Below, in pieces: positions 38,014-49,732 of a stretch of DNA of 64,000 nucleotides. The position numbers were made by a program, and so were the translations under genes. Origin of the DNA: Squalus acanthias (Eukaryota); assembly GCA_030390025.1 (NCBI GenBank), contig CM059425.1:165480001-165544000 (forward strand), written 5' to 3'. Under the pieces are notes generated by a model. That model searched no databases and was not told the origin of the DNA. It was given only the letters and a program-made list of their open reading frames with translations. The stretch's first letter is position 1; each line of letters opens with the position of its first letter.

Positions 38014-38777
38014 GGGCCAAAAATTCGGCCCTTGCCGGGTGAGTACGCGCTGTGTACTCACCCGTAAGGCGTCCTGAAGTGCCGGTTTCCTGCATGCACT
38101 GCGCATGCGCGGGAAACCGGAACTTCCGGTCTGGTGAAGGGGGCGGTTCAGAGGTGAACCGCATGCACGGTAGAGGCTGCGCGCACGCAGCAAACTTAGG
38201 TTTTTTTTCAGGTTTCTCTGGGAGGGTAAGTATTGAAGAACCTGCGCTTTTAAAAAGGAGGTGCAAGACCCGTTTTCAACAAGGTAAGTGGTTAATTAAG
38301 TATAATTTAAAAAAAATTTCAACAGGTTTATCTTTTTTAGATACTTTAAAGAAAGGTAAGTTAATTTTTAGCACTGTTAAAAAGTATTTTAATTTTTTCA
38401 AAAATTTAAATTTTTGTTTAAAGTAGTTAATTTATTTAATTTAGTTATTTTATAAATGTGATGGTTTTTTTAAAATTTATTTTAAGTTTAGCTGTTCTTT
38501 TGGGGCCGATTTCAATTCATAGATTTGACAGCTCTTCCTGTCAAATCTATGAATGAAAGATGGTCTGCTGCCATTGGCTCTCCATGGCCCACGTGATCCC
38601 AGGGGACGCATCGCACTAACTACGCCCCTGGGACACGCAAGCACTGCGCGCCGGCACTTGGAGCAGGCCCAGGAGCTGAAGTCCCCGTGGGCCCAGAGGT
38701 CAACAGCAGGCGCGGTAGGTAAGTGCGCGCGCGATCCTTACCCCCGCGGCAAGCCGGAGAGGCGAATTTCAGGGCCC
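38014..38777. mobile_element. Harbinger-type MITE (GGGCC-end family, related to 11542 and 43278)
   Basis: Ends GGGCCAAAAATTC / GAATTTCAGGGCCC; shared internal blocks (CTGCCATTGGCTCT..CACGTGATCCCA; GCACTGCGCATGCGC). No clear TSD. Confidence 0.75.
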
Positions 38778-38889
38778 ATATATACAGAAGCACATGAATT
38801 GCTGGGCAGCTTCAAAGTCACCTCCTGTTCCTACCAGTTCCTCCTATTATCATTTTAGGGCTTTACCAGATATTTTCTTTGTGCCCTTG

Positions 38890-39351
38890 CTGTGTCAGCT
38901 GTGGCTCCGTTGGTAGCACTCCTGCCTCTGAGTCAGAAGGTTGTGGGTTTAAGTCCCACTCCAGAGACGTGAGCGCAAAAATCTAGGCTGACACTCCAGT
39001 GCAGTTCTGAGGAATTGCTGCACTGTTGGAGGTGCCAGCTTTCAGATGAGACGTTAAACCAAGGTCCCGTCTGCTCTCTCAGGTGGACGTAAAAGATCCT
39101 GTACCACTATCTCGAAGAAGAGCATGGAAGTTATCCCTGGTGTCCTTACCAATTATTATCTCTCAATCAACATCACTAAAAACAGATTATCTGGTCATTA
39201 TCACATTGCTGTTTGTGGGGGCTTGCTGTGCACAAATTGGCTGCCATGTTTTCTACATTACAACTTCACTTCAAAAGTACTTCATTGGCTGTAAAGCACT
39301 TTGGGAAGTCCTGTGGTTGTGAAAGGCGCTATATAAATGCAAGTCTTTCTT
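38890..39351 (+). mobile_element. SacSINE1-type DeuSINE, full length
   Basis: tRNA-like head (TGGCTCCGTTGG, GGTTTAAGTCC), Deu-like core (GGAGGTGCC..TTTCAGATGAGACGTTAAACC..GGACGTAAAAGATCC) and tail GGCGCTATATAAATGCAAGTCTTTCTT. Confidence 0.85.
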
Positions 39352-39697
39352 TCATTCTTCTTTCTTCCTTATTCACTATAACACTCTTGTTACTGGACTT
39401 CACTCACTGGAAATGACATAAGTCCTTTTGTGTTCTCCCAGTCTTTGGACGTTGCAAGATTATTACAATCTATTAGACCATGAGACTTGGGCTATAAACT
39501 ACAAATCGGGTATATACAAATTTAATTTTTTTTTAAAAACTGTAGTAGAAAATCAATGTAGCAGAACCTATAAATTACACCTCCCTCAATACATAAATAT
39601 TGAACCTGAACCAGTTCTGTATAAAACTTATATGCAAGGTGTAGTTTACTCTCACAGAGCCTTTGGTATTCAACTCTACATCAATGGTGGAACAGAT

Positions 39698-40330
39698 GGC
39701 CTTTCCACCATCTACAAGGCACAAGTAAGGAGTGTGATGGAATACTCTCCGATTGCCTGCATGAGTGCAGCTCCAACAACACTCAAGAAGTTCAACACCA
39801 TCCAGGACAAAGCAGCCCGCTTGATTGGCACCCCATCCACCACCTTAAACATTGACTCCCTCCGTGGCTGCAGTGTGTACCATCTACAAGATGCACTGCA
39901 GCAACTCGCCAAGGCTTCTTCGGCAGCACCTCCCAAACCCGCGACCTCTTCCACCTAGAAGGACAAGGGCAGCAGGCGCATGGGAACCCCACCACCTCCA
40001 AGTTCCCCTCCAAGTCACACACCATACTGACTTAGAAGTATACCGCCAATCCTTCATCGTCACTGGGTCAAAATCCTGGAACTCCCTACCTAACAGCACT
40101 GTGGGAGTACCTTCACCACACGGACTGCAGCGGTTCAAGAAGGCGGCTCACCACCACCTTCTCAAGGGCAATTAGGGATGGGCAATAAATGCTGGCTTTG
40201 CCAGCGACGCCCACATCTCATCAGATCAGCCATGATCTTATTGAATGGCGGAGCAGGTTCGAGGGGCCAAATGACCTACTCCTGCTCCTACGTCTTATGT
40301 TCTTATGTTCTTATAAGCGAATAAAAAAAA
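39698..40330 (+). mobile_element. LINE family B (CR1/L2 group) 3' end with a ~95-bp CR1 tail inserted at ~40222-40315
   Basis: STIYKAQVRSVMEYSP..WNSLPNSTV..HHHLLKGN*, AATAAA and poly-A; the CR1 tail (TTATGTTC)n lies just before the poly-A. Confidence 0.85.
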
Positions 40331-40479
40331 AAGAACTAGTGAGCATTGATTCCCTTCAGATTAGAACCCTGCCTTCCCTCTTTGATTTCAGAAGACTAAA
40401 GGGTAATTAAAAGATAGATATACATATTTCAAAACAGATATCAAGAATAAATAGATAAAAAGAAAAATGTGCAATTATT

Positions 40480-40935
40480 GGAAATTTCGAATAAAACCAG
40501 AAGAAGCTGGGAAAAGCAGAACTATCAGCACCTGTAAAGATGTAAAATGGTGAAAACGCCCAACATATTAACCTGCAGATCAATTTACAGATGTTGACTG
40601 ACCTGCTGTTCATTTCCAGTTTTTGTCTGTTTTTATTTAAGTTTTCCAGCATTTTCAGTTTTCTTTTTATCTCTGCTGTTTGAGTTATTGCGACTTCTCA
40701 GAATGCCAGCCTTGAATACATTCTTCTCTTCTTTTCATCAGGATTTTCATTTGTCCCTTTTATTCTGTTCACTATCATCCACCCTTTCGCTTCTTATTTT
40801 CTGACTGTGTATTTGCCAGGGTTGCTTATCTTTAATTTTTCAATCCTGACGAAGGAGTTACACCTTAAACATTGATCCAACTTTTCTCTTTACAGGTGCT
40901 TGAAGGACTTTCCAACTTCTTTCTGTTTTTATTTC
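40480..40935. mobile_element. Degenerate Penelope 3'-end remnants
   Basis: GACCTGCTG..TTTCCAG..CAGCATTTTCAG blocks and a degenerate hammerhead-like motif at 40840-40875. Confidence 0.5.
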
Positions 40936-40999
40936 AAACTGGAAGGAATGGTATTGGAACCCACCGATAGGTGCTAGATACAAATATAGCCCACAATGG

Positions 41000-43900
41000 C
41001 GTTGGAAGTGACCACTGCACAGTCCTTGTGAAGACAAAGTCACATTTCCAATGTGAGGACAATGTCTAGATTGGCAGCACCACCATGCTAAGTGGGACAG
41101 ATCTAGCAGCTTGAAACTGGGCATCCATGAAGTGCTGTGGGCCCAGCACACACCTCACTCCTTGATCACCATCGAGCTGGTTCAATGTGGAGTGTAGAAG
41201 GGCATGCCAGGAGCAGAAACAAGCATACATTAGAATGAGGTATGAACCTAGTGAAGCTACTACAGGGGTACTTGCATGCTAAACATCAAAGGCAGAAGGC
41301 TATAGGCAGAGCTAAGCAGTCCCACAACCAACATCTCAAAGCAAAGCCTGGTACCCATACCATATGCAACCATCTTCAGCCAGAAGTGCCAAGTGGATGA
41401 TCCATATCGGCCTCCTCCTGAGGTCCCCACCATCACAGAAGCCAGTCTTCAGCCAATTCGATTCACTCCACGTGATATCAAGAAACGGCTGAGCACACTG
41501 GATACAGCGAAGGCTATGGGCCCCGACAACATCCCGGCTATCGTGCTGAAGACTTGTGCTCCAGAACTAGCCACGCCTCTAGCTAAGCTGTTCCAGTACA
41601 GCTACAACACTGGCATCTACCCGACAATGTGGAAAACTGCCCAGTTATATCGTGTCCACAAAATGCAGGACAAATCCAATCCAGTCAATTACCACCCCAT
41701 CAGTCGACTCTCAATCATCAGCAAAGTGATGGAAGTTGCCATCAACAGTGCTATCAAGCGGCACCTGCTCACCGATACTTAGTTTGGGTTCCGCCAGGAC
41801 CACTCGGCTCCAGACCTCATTACAGCCTTGGCCCAAACATGGACAAAAGAGCTGAATTCCAGAGGTGAGCTGAGAGTGACTGCCCTTGACATCAAGGCAG
41901 CATTTGACCAAGTGTAGCATCAAGGAGCCCGAGTAAAATTGAAGTCAATGGGAACCAGGGGAAAATCTCCACTGGCTGGAGTCATACTGAGCACAAAGGA
42001 TGACAGTTGTGGTTGTTGGAGGTCAATCATCTCAGCCCAAGGACATCGCTGCAGGAGTTCCGCAGGGCAGTGTCCTCGGCCCAACCATCTTCAGCTGCTT
42101 CATCAATGACATTCCCTCCATCATAAGGTCAGAAATGGGAATGTTTGCTGATGATTGCACAGTGTTCAGTGCCATTCGCAACTCCTCAGATAATGAAGCA
42201 GTCCATGCCCGCATGCAGCAAGACCTGGACGGCATTCAGGCTTGGGCTGATAAGTGGCAGGTAACATTTACACCACACAAATGCCAGGCAATGACTATCT
42301 CCAACAAGCGACAGTCTAACCACAGCCCCATGACATTCAACGGCATTACCATCGCCGAATCCACCACCATCAACATCCTGGGGGTCACCATTGCCCAGAA
42401 ACTTAACTGGACCAGCCACATAAATACTGTGGCAGCAAGAGCGAGTCAGAGGCTGGGTATTCTGCAGCAAGTGTTTCACCTCCTGATTCCCCAAAGTCTT
42501 TCTACCATCTACAAGGCACAAGTAAGGAGTGTGATGGAATACTCTCCACTTGCCTGGATGAGTGCAGCTCCAACAACACTCAAGAAGCTCGACACCATCC
42601 AAGACAAAGCAGCCCGCTTGATTGGCACCCCATCCACCACCTTAAACATTCACTCCCTCCACCACCGGCGTACCATGGCTGCAGTCTGTACCATCTACAA
42701 GATGCACTGCAGCAACTCGCCAACTTCACCCGAACATTAGTCAAATGCTGGAAGGAGTCATTAATAGTGCAATCAAACAACATTTACTCACCAATAACCT
42801 GCTGACCCATGCTCAGTTAGGGTTCTGCCAGAACCACTCAGCTCCAGATCTCATCACAGCCTTGATCCAGACATGGATATAAGAGCTCAATACCAGAGGG
42901 GAGGTGAGAGTAGCTGCCTTCATCATCAAAGCAGCATTCAACTGAGTATGGCACCAAGAATCCTTAGCAAAACTGAACTAAATGGGGGTCAAAGGGAAAA
43001 CGTTTCAATGGCTGGAGTCATGCCAGGCAAAAAGGAAGTTGGTTATGGTTTTCGGAGGCCAGTCAATACATTTCCAAGGCATCACTGCAGGAGGTCATCC
43101 TTGGCTGAACCATCTTCAGCTGCTTCATCAATGACCTTCCTTTCATCATGATGGCAAAGAATGGGGATGTTCACTAAGAATTCCACAGTGTTCAGCTCAA
43201 TTCACAATTCCATTGATAATGAAGCTGGAATTTTCTACCTAACACTGCTGTAGGAGTATCATCTCCATAAGGACTTCGACCCGGATCTTCCATTCCCAAT
43301 GACGGCGTATGCACAGCGTATGCCATCGTAAGCCTTGTAAAAGGCCCCGCAAGTTCCAGGTTTCCACATGCACTGCGCATGCGCAAAAACCCGGAACTTT
43401 CAATCTGTCAAGGTTCGCCTTGACAGATCATACGAACTGACCCAAAAATCATTTTCGCTGGTGCAGAGTTGGGCTATTTGCCCAACTACTGCCCAGCAAA
43501 TTTCCACAAAACCCTTACACATGGTAACAGCAGGCATAGGGCCTGCTTTCACCAGCGTAAGAGTTAATATAAATGTTAAATTAAAAATTAAAGAATTAAA
43601 AAGCCTACACAAACATTTCAAACTAGTTTATGTAAATTTTGGCCCGGGTTCAAATGTTTAAAATTATTTTTCAAAAAATTAAATTTTTATTGTTAATGCT
43701 TCATTAAAGGGACTTTTAATTAAATTTGAAAATGGGAGCATTTATTTTTATTCTAGTTGTGTAAATTATTTAATTATTTGGGGATTCCTCATTTGCTTTT
43801 GAGGATTCCGTTCGTAAATGGAATCCACATAAGCATATGAGGAATTCTCCATTCTGATTGGAGGACCTGGCCCACGTGATCCCAGGGACGCTTCCGAACC

Positions 43901-44125
43901 ACCTGCGTCCCCGGGATCAATGGGCCTTTATGCAGGCGTACGCCTGCAGGCCCAGGACCCGAAGTCTCCGAAGCCTGGGAGCCAGCAGGTAAGGTGCGGA
44001 TTTCTTTATCGGGTCGGCTGTGTACTCCGGAGGTACTCCTCCGATCGCAAATTCTGGCCCTTCGGTAGATCAAGCAGGAAGCCCACCACTACCTTCTCAA
44101 GACACCTAGGGATGGGCAATAAACA
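41000..44125 (+). mobile_element. LINE family B, two adjacent degenerate pieces (41000-~42735; ~42735-44125)
   Basis: KAMGPDNIP, NYHPIS, LDIKAAFD, GVPQGSVLGP and MFADD motifs; the second piece is split by MITE 43278-44060. Confidence 0.85.
43278..44060. mobile_element. Harbinger-type MITE
   Basis: Right end GCAAATTCTGGCCC, degenerate left end GACCCGGATCTT; TSD TTC/TTC; interrupts LINE B 3' sequence. Confidence 0.75.
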
Positions 44126-44164
44126 TAGGAATAGCTAGACAAAAAAAGACCAATGTTCATCTAG

Positions 44165-47100
44165 AAAACAAGGAACTACAGATCAGTTAGCCTGACATCA
44201 GTAGTAGGGAAAATGTTAGAATCTATTATTAAGGACGTGGTAACAGGGCACTTAGAAAATAATAATAGGATTGGACAGAGTCAACACGGATTTATGAAAG
44301 GGAAATCGTGTTTGACAAATCTGTTAGAGTTTTTTGAGGTTGTAACTAGCAGAATAGATAAGGGGAACCAGTGGATGTGTATTTGGATTTTCAGAAGGCA
44401 TTTGATAAGGTGCCACACAAGAGGTTATGAAACAAAATTAGGGCTCATGGGATTGGGGGTAATATACTAGCATGGATTGAGGATTGGTTAACGGACAGAA
44501 AACAGAGAGTAGGAATAAACGGGTAATTTTCAGGTTGGCAGGCTGTAACTAGTGGGGTACCGCAAGGATCAGTGCTTGGGCCTCAGCTATTCACAATCTA
44601 CATCAATGATTTGGATGAGAGGACCAAATGTAATATATATAAGTTTGCTGATGATACAAAGCTGGGTGGGAATGTAAGTTGTGAGGAGGATGCAAAGAGG
44701 CTTCAAGGGGATATAGATAGGATAAGTGAGTGGGCAAGAACATGGCAAATGGAATATAATCTGGAGAAATGTGAAGTTATCCACTTTGGTAGGAAAAATA
44801 GAAAAGCAGAGTATTTTTTAAACGGTGAGAGATTGGGAAATGTTGGTGTTCAGAGGGACCTCAGTTTCCTTGTACACGAATCACTGAAAGTTAACATGCA
44901 GGTACAGCAAGAAATTAGGAAAGCAAATGGTATGTTGGCCTTTATTACAAGAGGATTTGAGTATAAGAGTAAAGACATCTTACTGCAATTATATAGGGCC
45001 CTGGTGAGACCACACCTGGAGTATTGTGTACAGTTTTGGTCTCCTTACCTAAGGAAGGATATACTTGCCATCGAGGGAGTGCAACGAAGGTTCACCAGAC
45101 TGGTTCCTGGGATAGAGGGATTGTCCTATGAGGAGAGATTGAATAGACTAGGCCTATATTCTCTAGAGTTTAGAAGAATGAGAGGTGATCTCATTGAAAC
45201 ATACAAAATTCTTACAGGGCTTGGCCGGGTAGATGCAGGCAGGATGTTTCCACTGGCTGGGGAGTCTAGAACCAGGGGTCACAGTCTCAGAATAAGGGGT
45301 CGGCCATTTAGGACTGAGATGAGGTGAAATCTCTTCACTCAGAAGATAGTGAATCATAGGAGTTCTCTACCCCAGAGGGTTGTGGATGCTCAGTCGTTAA
45401 GTATATTCATAGATCCAAGGAGAGGACATATACATTGGCCAGAAAAAGCAGTAAACCTGAGGATTGGGAGCAGTTTAGGATTCAATAAAGGAGGACAAAG
45501 GGATTAATTAAGAAGGGGAAAATAGAATATGAGAGGAAGCTTTCAGGGAACATAAAAACTGACTGTAAAAACTTTTATAGATATGTGAAGAGAAAAAGAT
45601 TGGTGAAGTCAAGCGTAGGTCCCTTGCAGTCAGAATCAGGGGAACTTATAAAGGGGAACAAAGAAATGGCAGACCAATTAAATGCATATTCTGGTTCTGT
45701 CTTCACAAAGGAGGACACAAATAACCTCCCAGAGATGTCGGGGAACATAGGGTCTGATGAAAGGGAGGAACTGAAAGAAATCAGTATTTGTAGGGAAATG
45801 GTGTTAGGGAAATTGATGGGATTGAAGGCCGATAAATCCCCAGGGCCTGATAATCTACATCCTAGGGTACTTAAGGAAGTGGCCCTAGAAATAGTAGATG
45901 CATTGCTGATCATCTTCCAACATTCGATGGAATCTGGAACAATACCCATGGATTGGAGGGTAGCTAATGTTACCCCACTATTCAAAAAAGGTGGTAGAGA
46001 GAAAACGGGGAATTACAGACCGGTAAGCCTGACATCGGTAGTGGGGAAAATGCTAGAGTCCATTATAAAAGATGTAATAGCAGAGCACTTGGAAAACAGT
46101 GACAGGATCGGACAAAGTCAACATGGATTTACAAAAGGTAAATCGTGCTTGACTAATCTACTGGAATTTTTTGAGGATGTAACTGGTAAAATAGATAAAG
46201 GAGAACCAGTGGATGTGGTGTATTTGGACTTTCAAAAGGCTTTCGATAAGGTCCCGCATAAGAGATTAACGTGTAAAGTTAAGGCACATGGGATTGGGGG
46301 CAAGATATTGACTTGGATAGAAAACTGGTTGGCAGACAGAAAGCAAAGAGTTGGAATAAATGGGTCTTTTTCCAAGTGGCAGGCAGTGACTAGTGGGGTA
46401 CCGCAGGGATCGGTCCTTGGACCCCAGCTATTCACAATATATATTAATGATCTAGACAAGGGAACTAGATGTAATATCTCCAAGTTTGCAGACGACACAA
46501 AGCTGGGTGGGCGTGTGTGCTGTGAGGTGGATGCCGAGAAACTCCAGGATGATTTGGACAGGTTGGGTGATTGGGCAGAAGCATGGCAGATGCAATATAA
46601 CGTGGATAAATGCGAGGTTATCCACTTTGGTGTCAAAAACAGGAAGGCAGATTATTATCTGAATGGCAATAGATTGGGAGAAGGGGAAGTGCAACGAGAC
46701 CTGGGTGTCCTTGTGCACCAGTCGCTGAAAGTAAGCATGCAGGTGCAGCAGGCGGTTAAGAAGGCAAATGGTATGTTGGCCTTTGTAGCGAGAGGGTTTG
46801 AGTACAGGAACAAGGATGTCTTGCTACAGTTGTACAGGGCCTTGGTGAGACCACATCTTGAGTATTGTGTGCAGTTTTGGTCGCCTTATCTGAGGAAGGA
46901 GGTTCTTGCCATGGAAGGAGTTCAGCGAAGATTCACCAGGCTGATACCTGGGATGGCAGGAATGACGTATGAGGAGAGATTGGGTCGATTGGGCTTATAC
47001 TCGCTGGAGTTTAGAAGAATGAGAGGGGATCTCATTGAAACTTATAAAATTCTGACAGGACTGGACAGACTAGATGCAGGAAGGATGTTCCCGATGGTCG

Positions 47101-47585
47101 GGGAGTCCAGAACCAGGTGTCACAGTCTAAGGATAAGGGGTAAGCCATTTAGGACAGAAATGAGGAGGAATTTCTTCACCCAGAGAGTGGTGAACCTGTG
47201 GAATTCTCTACCACAGAAGGCAGTAGAGGCCAATTCATTAAATATATTCAAGAAGGAGTTGGATATATTTCGTAAGGCTAAAGGGATCAAGGGATATGGG
47301 GAGAAAGCAGGGACAGGGTTCTGAATCTGGATGATCAGCCATGATCGCATTGAATGGCGGAGCAGGCTAGAGGGGCCGAATGGCCTACTCCTGCTCCTAT
47401 CTTCTATGTTTCTATATTCAACACAGAGATCGATAGATTTTTGAATATTAAGGGAATCAAGGGATATGGGGATAGTGCAAGAAAGTGGAGTTGAGGTAGA
47501 AGATCAGCCATGATCTTATTGAATGGTGGAGCAGGCTCGAGGGGCCAAATGGCCAATCCTGCTCCTATTTCTTATGCTCTTATGT
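44165..47585 (+). mobile_element. CR1 copy (RT, degenerate) interrupted by a younger CR1
   Basis: ORFs 44213-44470 and 44572-45327; the 3' end resumes at 47421 with its tail to ~47585. Confidence 0.9.
45410..47412 (+). mobile_element. Young 5'-truncated CR1 (ORF 45585-47324, 579 aa uninterrupted RT)
   Basis: Full RT motifs; 8-bp TSD TATATTCA at 45402-09 and 47413-20. Confidence 0.95.
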
Positions 47586-47589
47586 TATC

Positions 47590-47690
47590 TTATATTTATG
47601 GCCCCTAGTTTTGGACTCCCCCACAAGTGGAAACATCTTCTCTATGTCTACCCTATCAAACCCCTTCATAATTTTAAAGACCTCTATTAG
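47590..47690 (-). mobile_element. CR1 fragment
   Basis: LIEVFKIMKGFDRVD..TRGHKYKI. Confidence 0.75.
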
Positions 47691-49174
47691 TTCACTATAC
47701 AGAGTTGAGCAGATCATGTCATTGTAATGGTAGCACCGAGAGGAGTTGCTCTTTACAGTGTTCTGGGTTGAGTGACTCACAGGAATTACTAATGACTCTG
47801 AGTCTATCAGTCATTTAAAATAGTCCTGTGATAGTATGGACTTGATGGAGCAGTAGTGCTGTAGAAATTATACAAATGACCTTTTGTAACAGGTTTAGAG
47901 GCTTGCGTGGTACTAAAATTGATATTATCTTCTCTATGTAAACCACTTAGTGATTATTTATATGGTCACTCTTCTTAGTAATGCCTAAAAGGAACTCACG
48001 ATTACTAGTGATATAATGTGTGAGTGTAATTGAGTTGGGTAAGAACTATAATAACTCACTTACATGGGAGAACTCGCTTTATGCCCTCTCAAAAATTTCA
48101 TTTGCACTGAAAGAACTAAACCATCCAGATCGAACTGTGTGAATGGAAAATTTACACTATAATAAAGTTTGGGTGCTTTTTGAAATGTTGATATTTAATA
48201 TTATGTTGCTGTGATGCCTGCTCTCAGTAATTTTCAGTTAATGTTTCAGTTAATGTTCTGAAGAAGATATTTAACAGTCTGTTATTTTACTAATGATGAC
48301 AAATACTAAGCATAACATACACAGACTAAAATTTGAGTTACTACTAATCCATGTGTATTTGCCATTCGACAAAATCTTGAGCAGCTGAAACACGGTCCAG
48401 CTGCTCCCTATATGCTGATTACCCCAGGGTGAGAATCAAGGGGGGAAAAATTCAGTTGGTTTGCGCCTCCCGTTAGCGCCTTAAGAGGGCGCTAATGGGG
48501 CGCAAAGCAACTAGTGCCCGTGCGCGGCGATGTTTGCGTCGCTCACGAAATTAACTCGACATTTTGCGGCGGCGCTACACACTACCGCCACGATCTCCTG
48601 CGCCAGCAGATCGTGACGTCAGTCGAGTGCGCAACGCCCCAGTAGCGCCCCGGACTGGATATTGAGTGGCGCCCCCTGCCTTACCGCCTGCCGCTAGCAA
48701 TGACAGGTTGAGGGGAGCGTTTTGCAGTCAGGAAGGGACTGGGGAAGCGCTATTTAAAGGCGACCGCTTCCTGCCTTTTTTTGTTGGTGACATTTTTGCA
48801 CCACGCATTCTGAGAGAGAGAGAGAGAGAGACTTCTGGAGAGATTCAATGCTGTGTGAAGGAGTTTTGGGCACTGAGCAGCACTTTGCAGGTTCATTTTG
48901 ATTTGCCCTTCCTTGTATCGATTTAGAAGAGACTGTGGGGGCTGCACTCTGAGCTCTTTCCCTGGTTCTCTCCATTGTTCTTTCCAGCAGATTTGATGTG
49001 CAGGTCTCTCCAGGCCGAGATTCAAGGCTGCAATGAGCAGGATGTGGATGGAGAGCAAGATCAATCCTCCCCTTTAAGATAGCAAAATACTGCGGATGCT
49101 GGAAATCCGAAATAACAACAGAAAACGCTGGAAAAACTCAGCAGGCCAGGCAGCATCCGTGGAGAGAGAAAGAG

Positions 49175-49211
49175 AGTTAACGTTTCAGGTCGATGACCTT
49201 TCATCAGAACT
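49175..49211 (-). ncRNA. Minimal type-I hammerhead ribozyme in the Penelope 3' region
   Basis: Minus strand AGUU-CUGAUGA-A-AGGUC(AUC)GACCU-GAAA-CG-UU-AACU: stem I AGUU/AACU, conserved core, stem II, palindromic AACGUU stem III, GUU cleavage triplet. Confidence 0.85.
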
Positions 49212-49732
49212 GGGAAGAGCCGGAAATCAAATAGATTTAAGGCCAGAGTAAAGCTGGGAAAAGGGGGAGGGGATAAAGGAACAAAGGGGGAGATGAAGAG
49301 ACAATAAGAGACATTAAGAGATATGCAAGGCTGGAGGTGGTGTTAATGTGACAGATTAAGGCTGAATGAAGTGTGAAATCCACTGGCAGAATGAAGGACA
49401 GCTGCCAGCTTCTAGGAGGAAAAAAAAGGTGGGGGGGGACAAATAAAAGGGTGGATAAAATAAAATATAAATGTGATTGGAGCTGAGGTTATGATCTAAA
49501 ATTGTTGAACTCGATATTGAGTCCAGAGGGCTGTAGCGTGCCTAAACGAAAGATGAGGTGCTGTTCCTCGAGCTTACGCTGAGCTTCCGTGGAACAGTGT
49601 AATAGGCCGAGGACGGTGAGGTCAGAGTGGGAGTGAAGCAGTGAATTAAAGTGACAGGCCACCGGGAGCTCGGGGTCCCCCTTACGGACTGAACGGAGGT
49701 GTTCCGCAAAGCGGTCACCCAATCTGCGTTTG

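Noticed and set aside
39428..39958. 176-aa ORF as a host gene
   Set aside because: Chance read-through of unique sequence into a LINE B fragment.
49699..49732. N-terminus of the 730-aa Penelope ORF
   Set aside because: The first ~11 codons come from the inverted arm; the native N-terminus is truncated.
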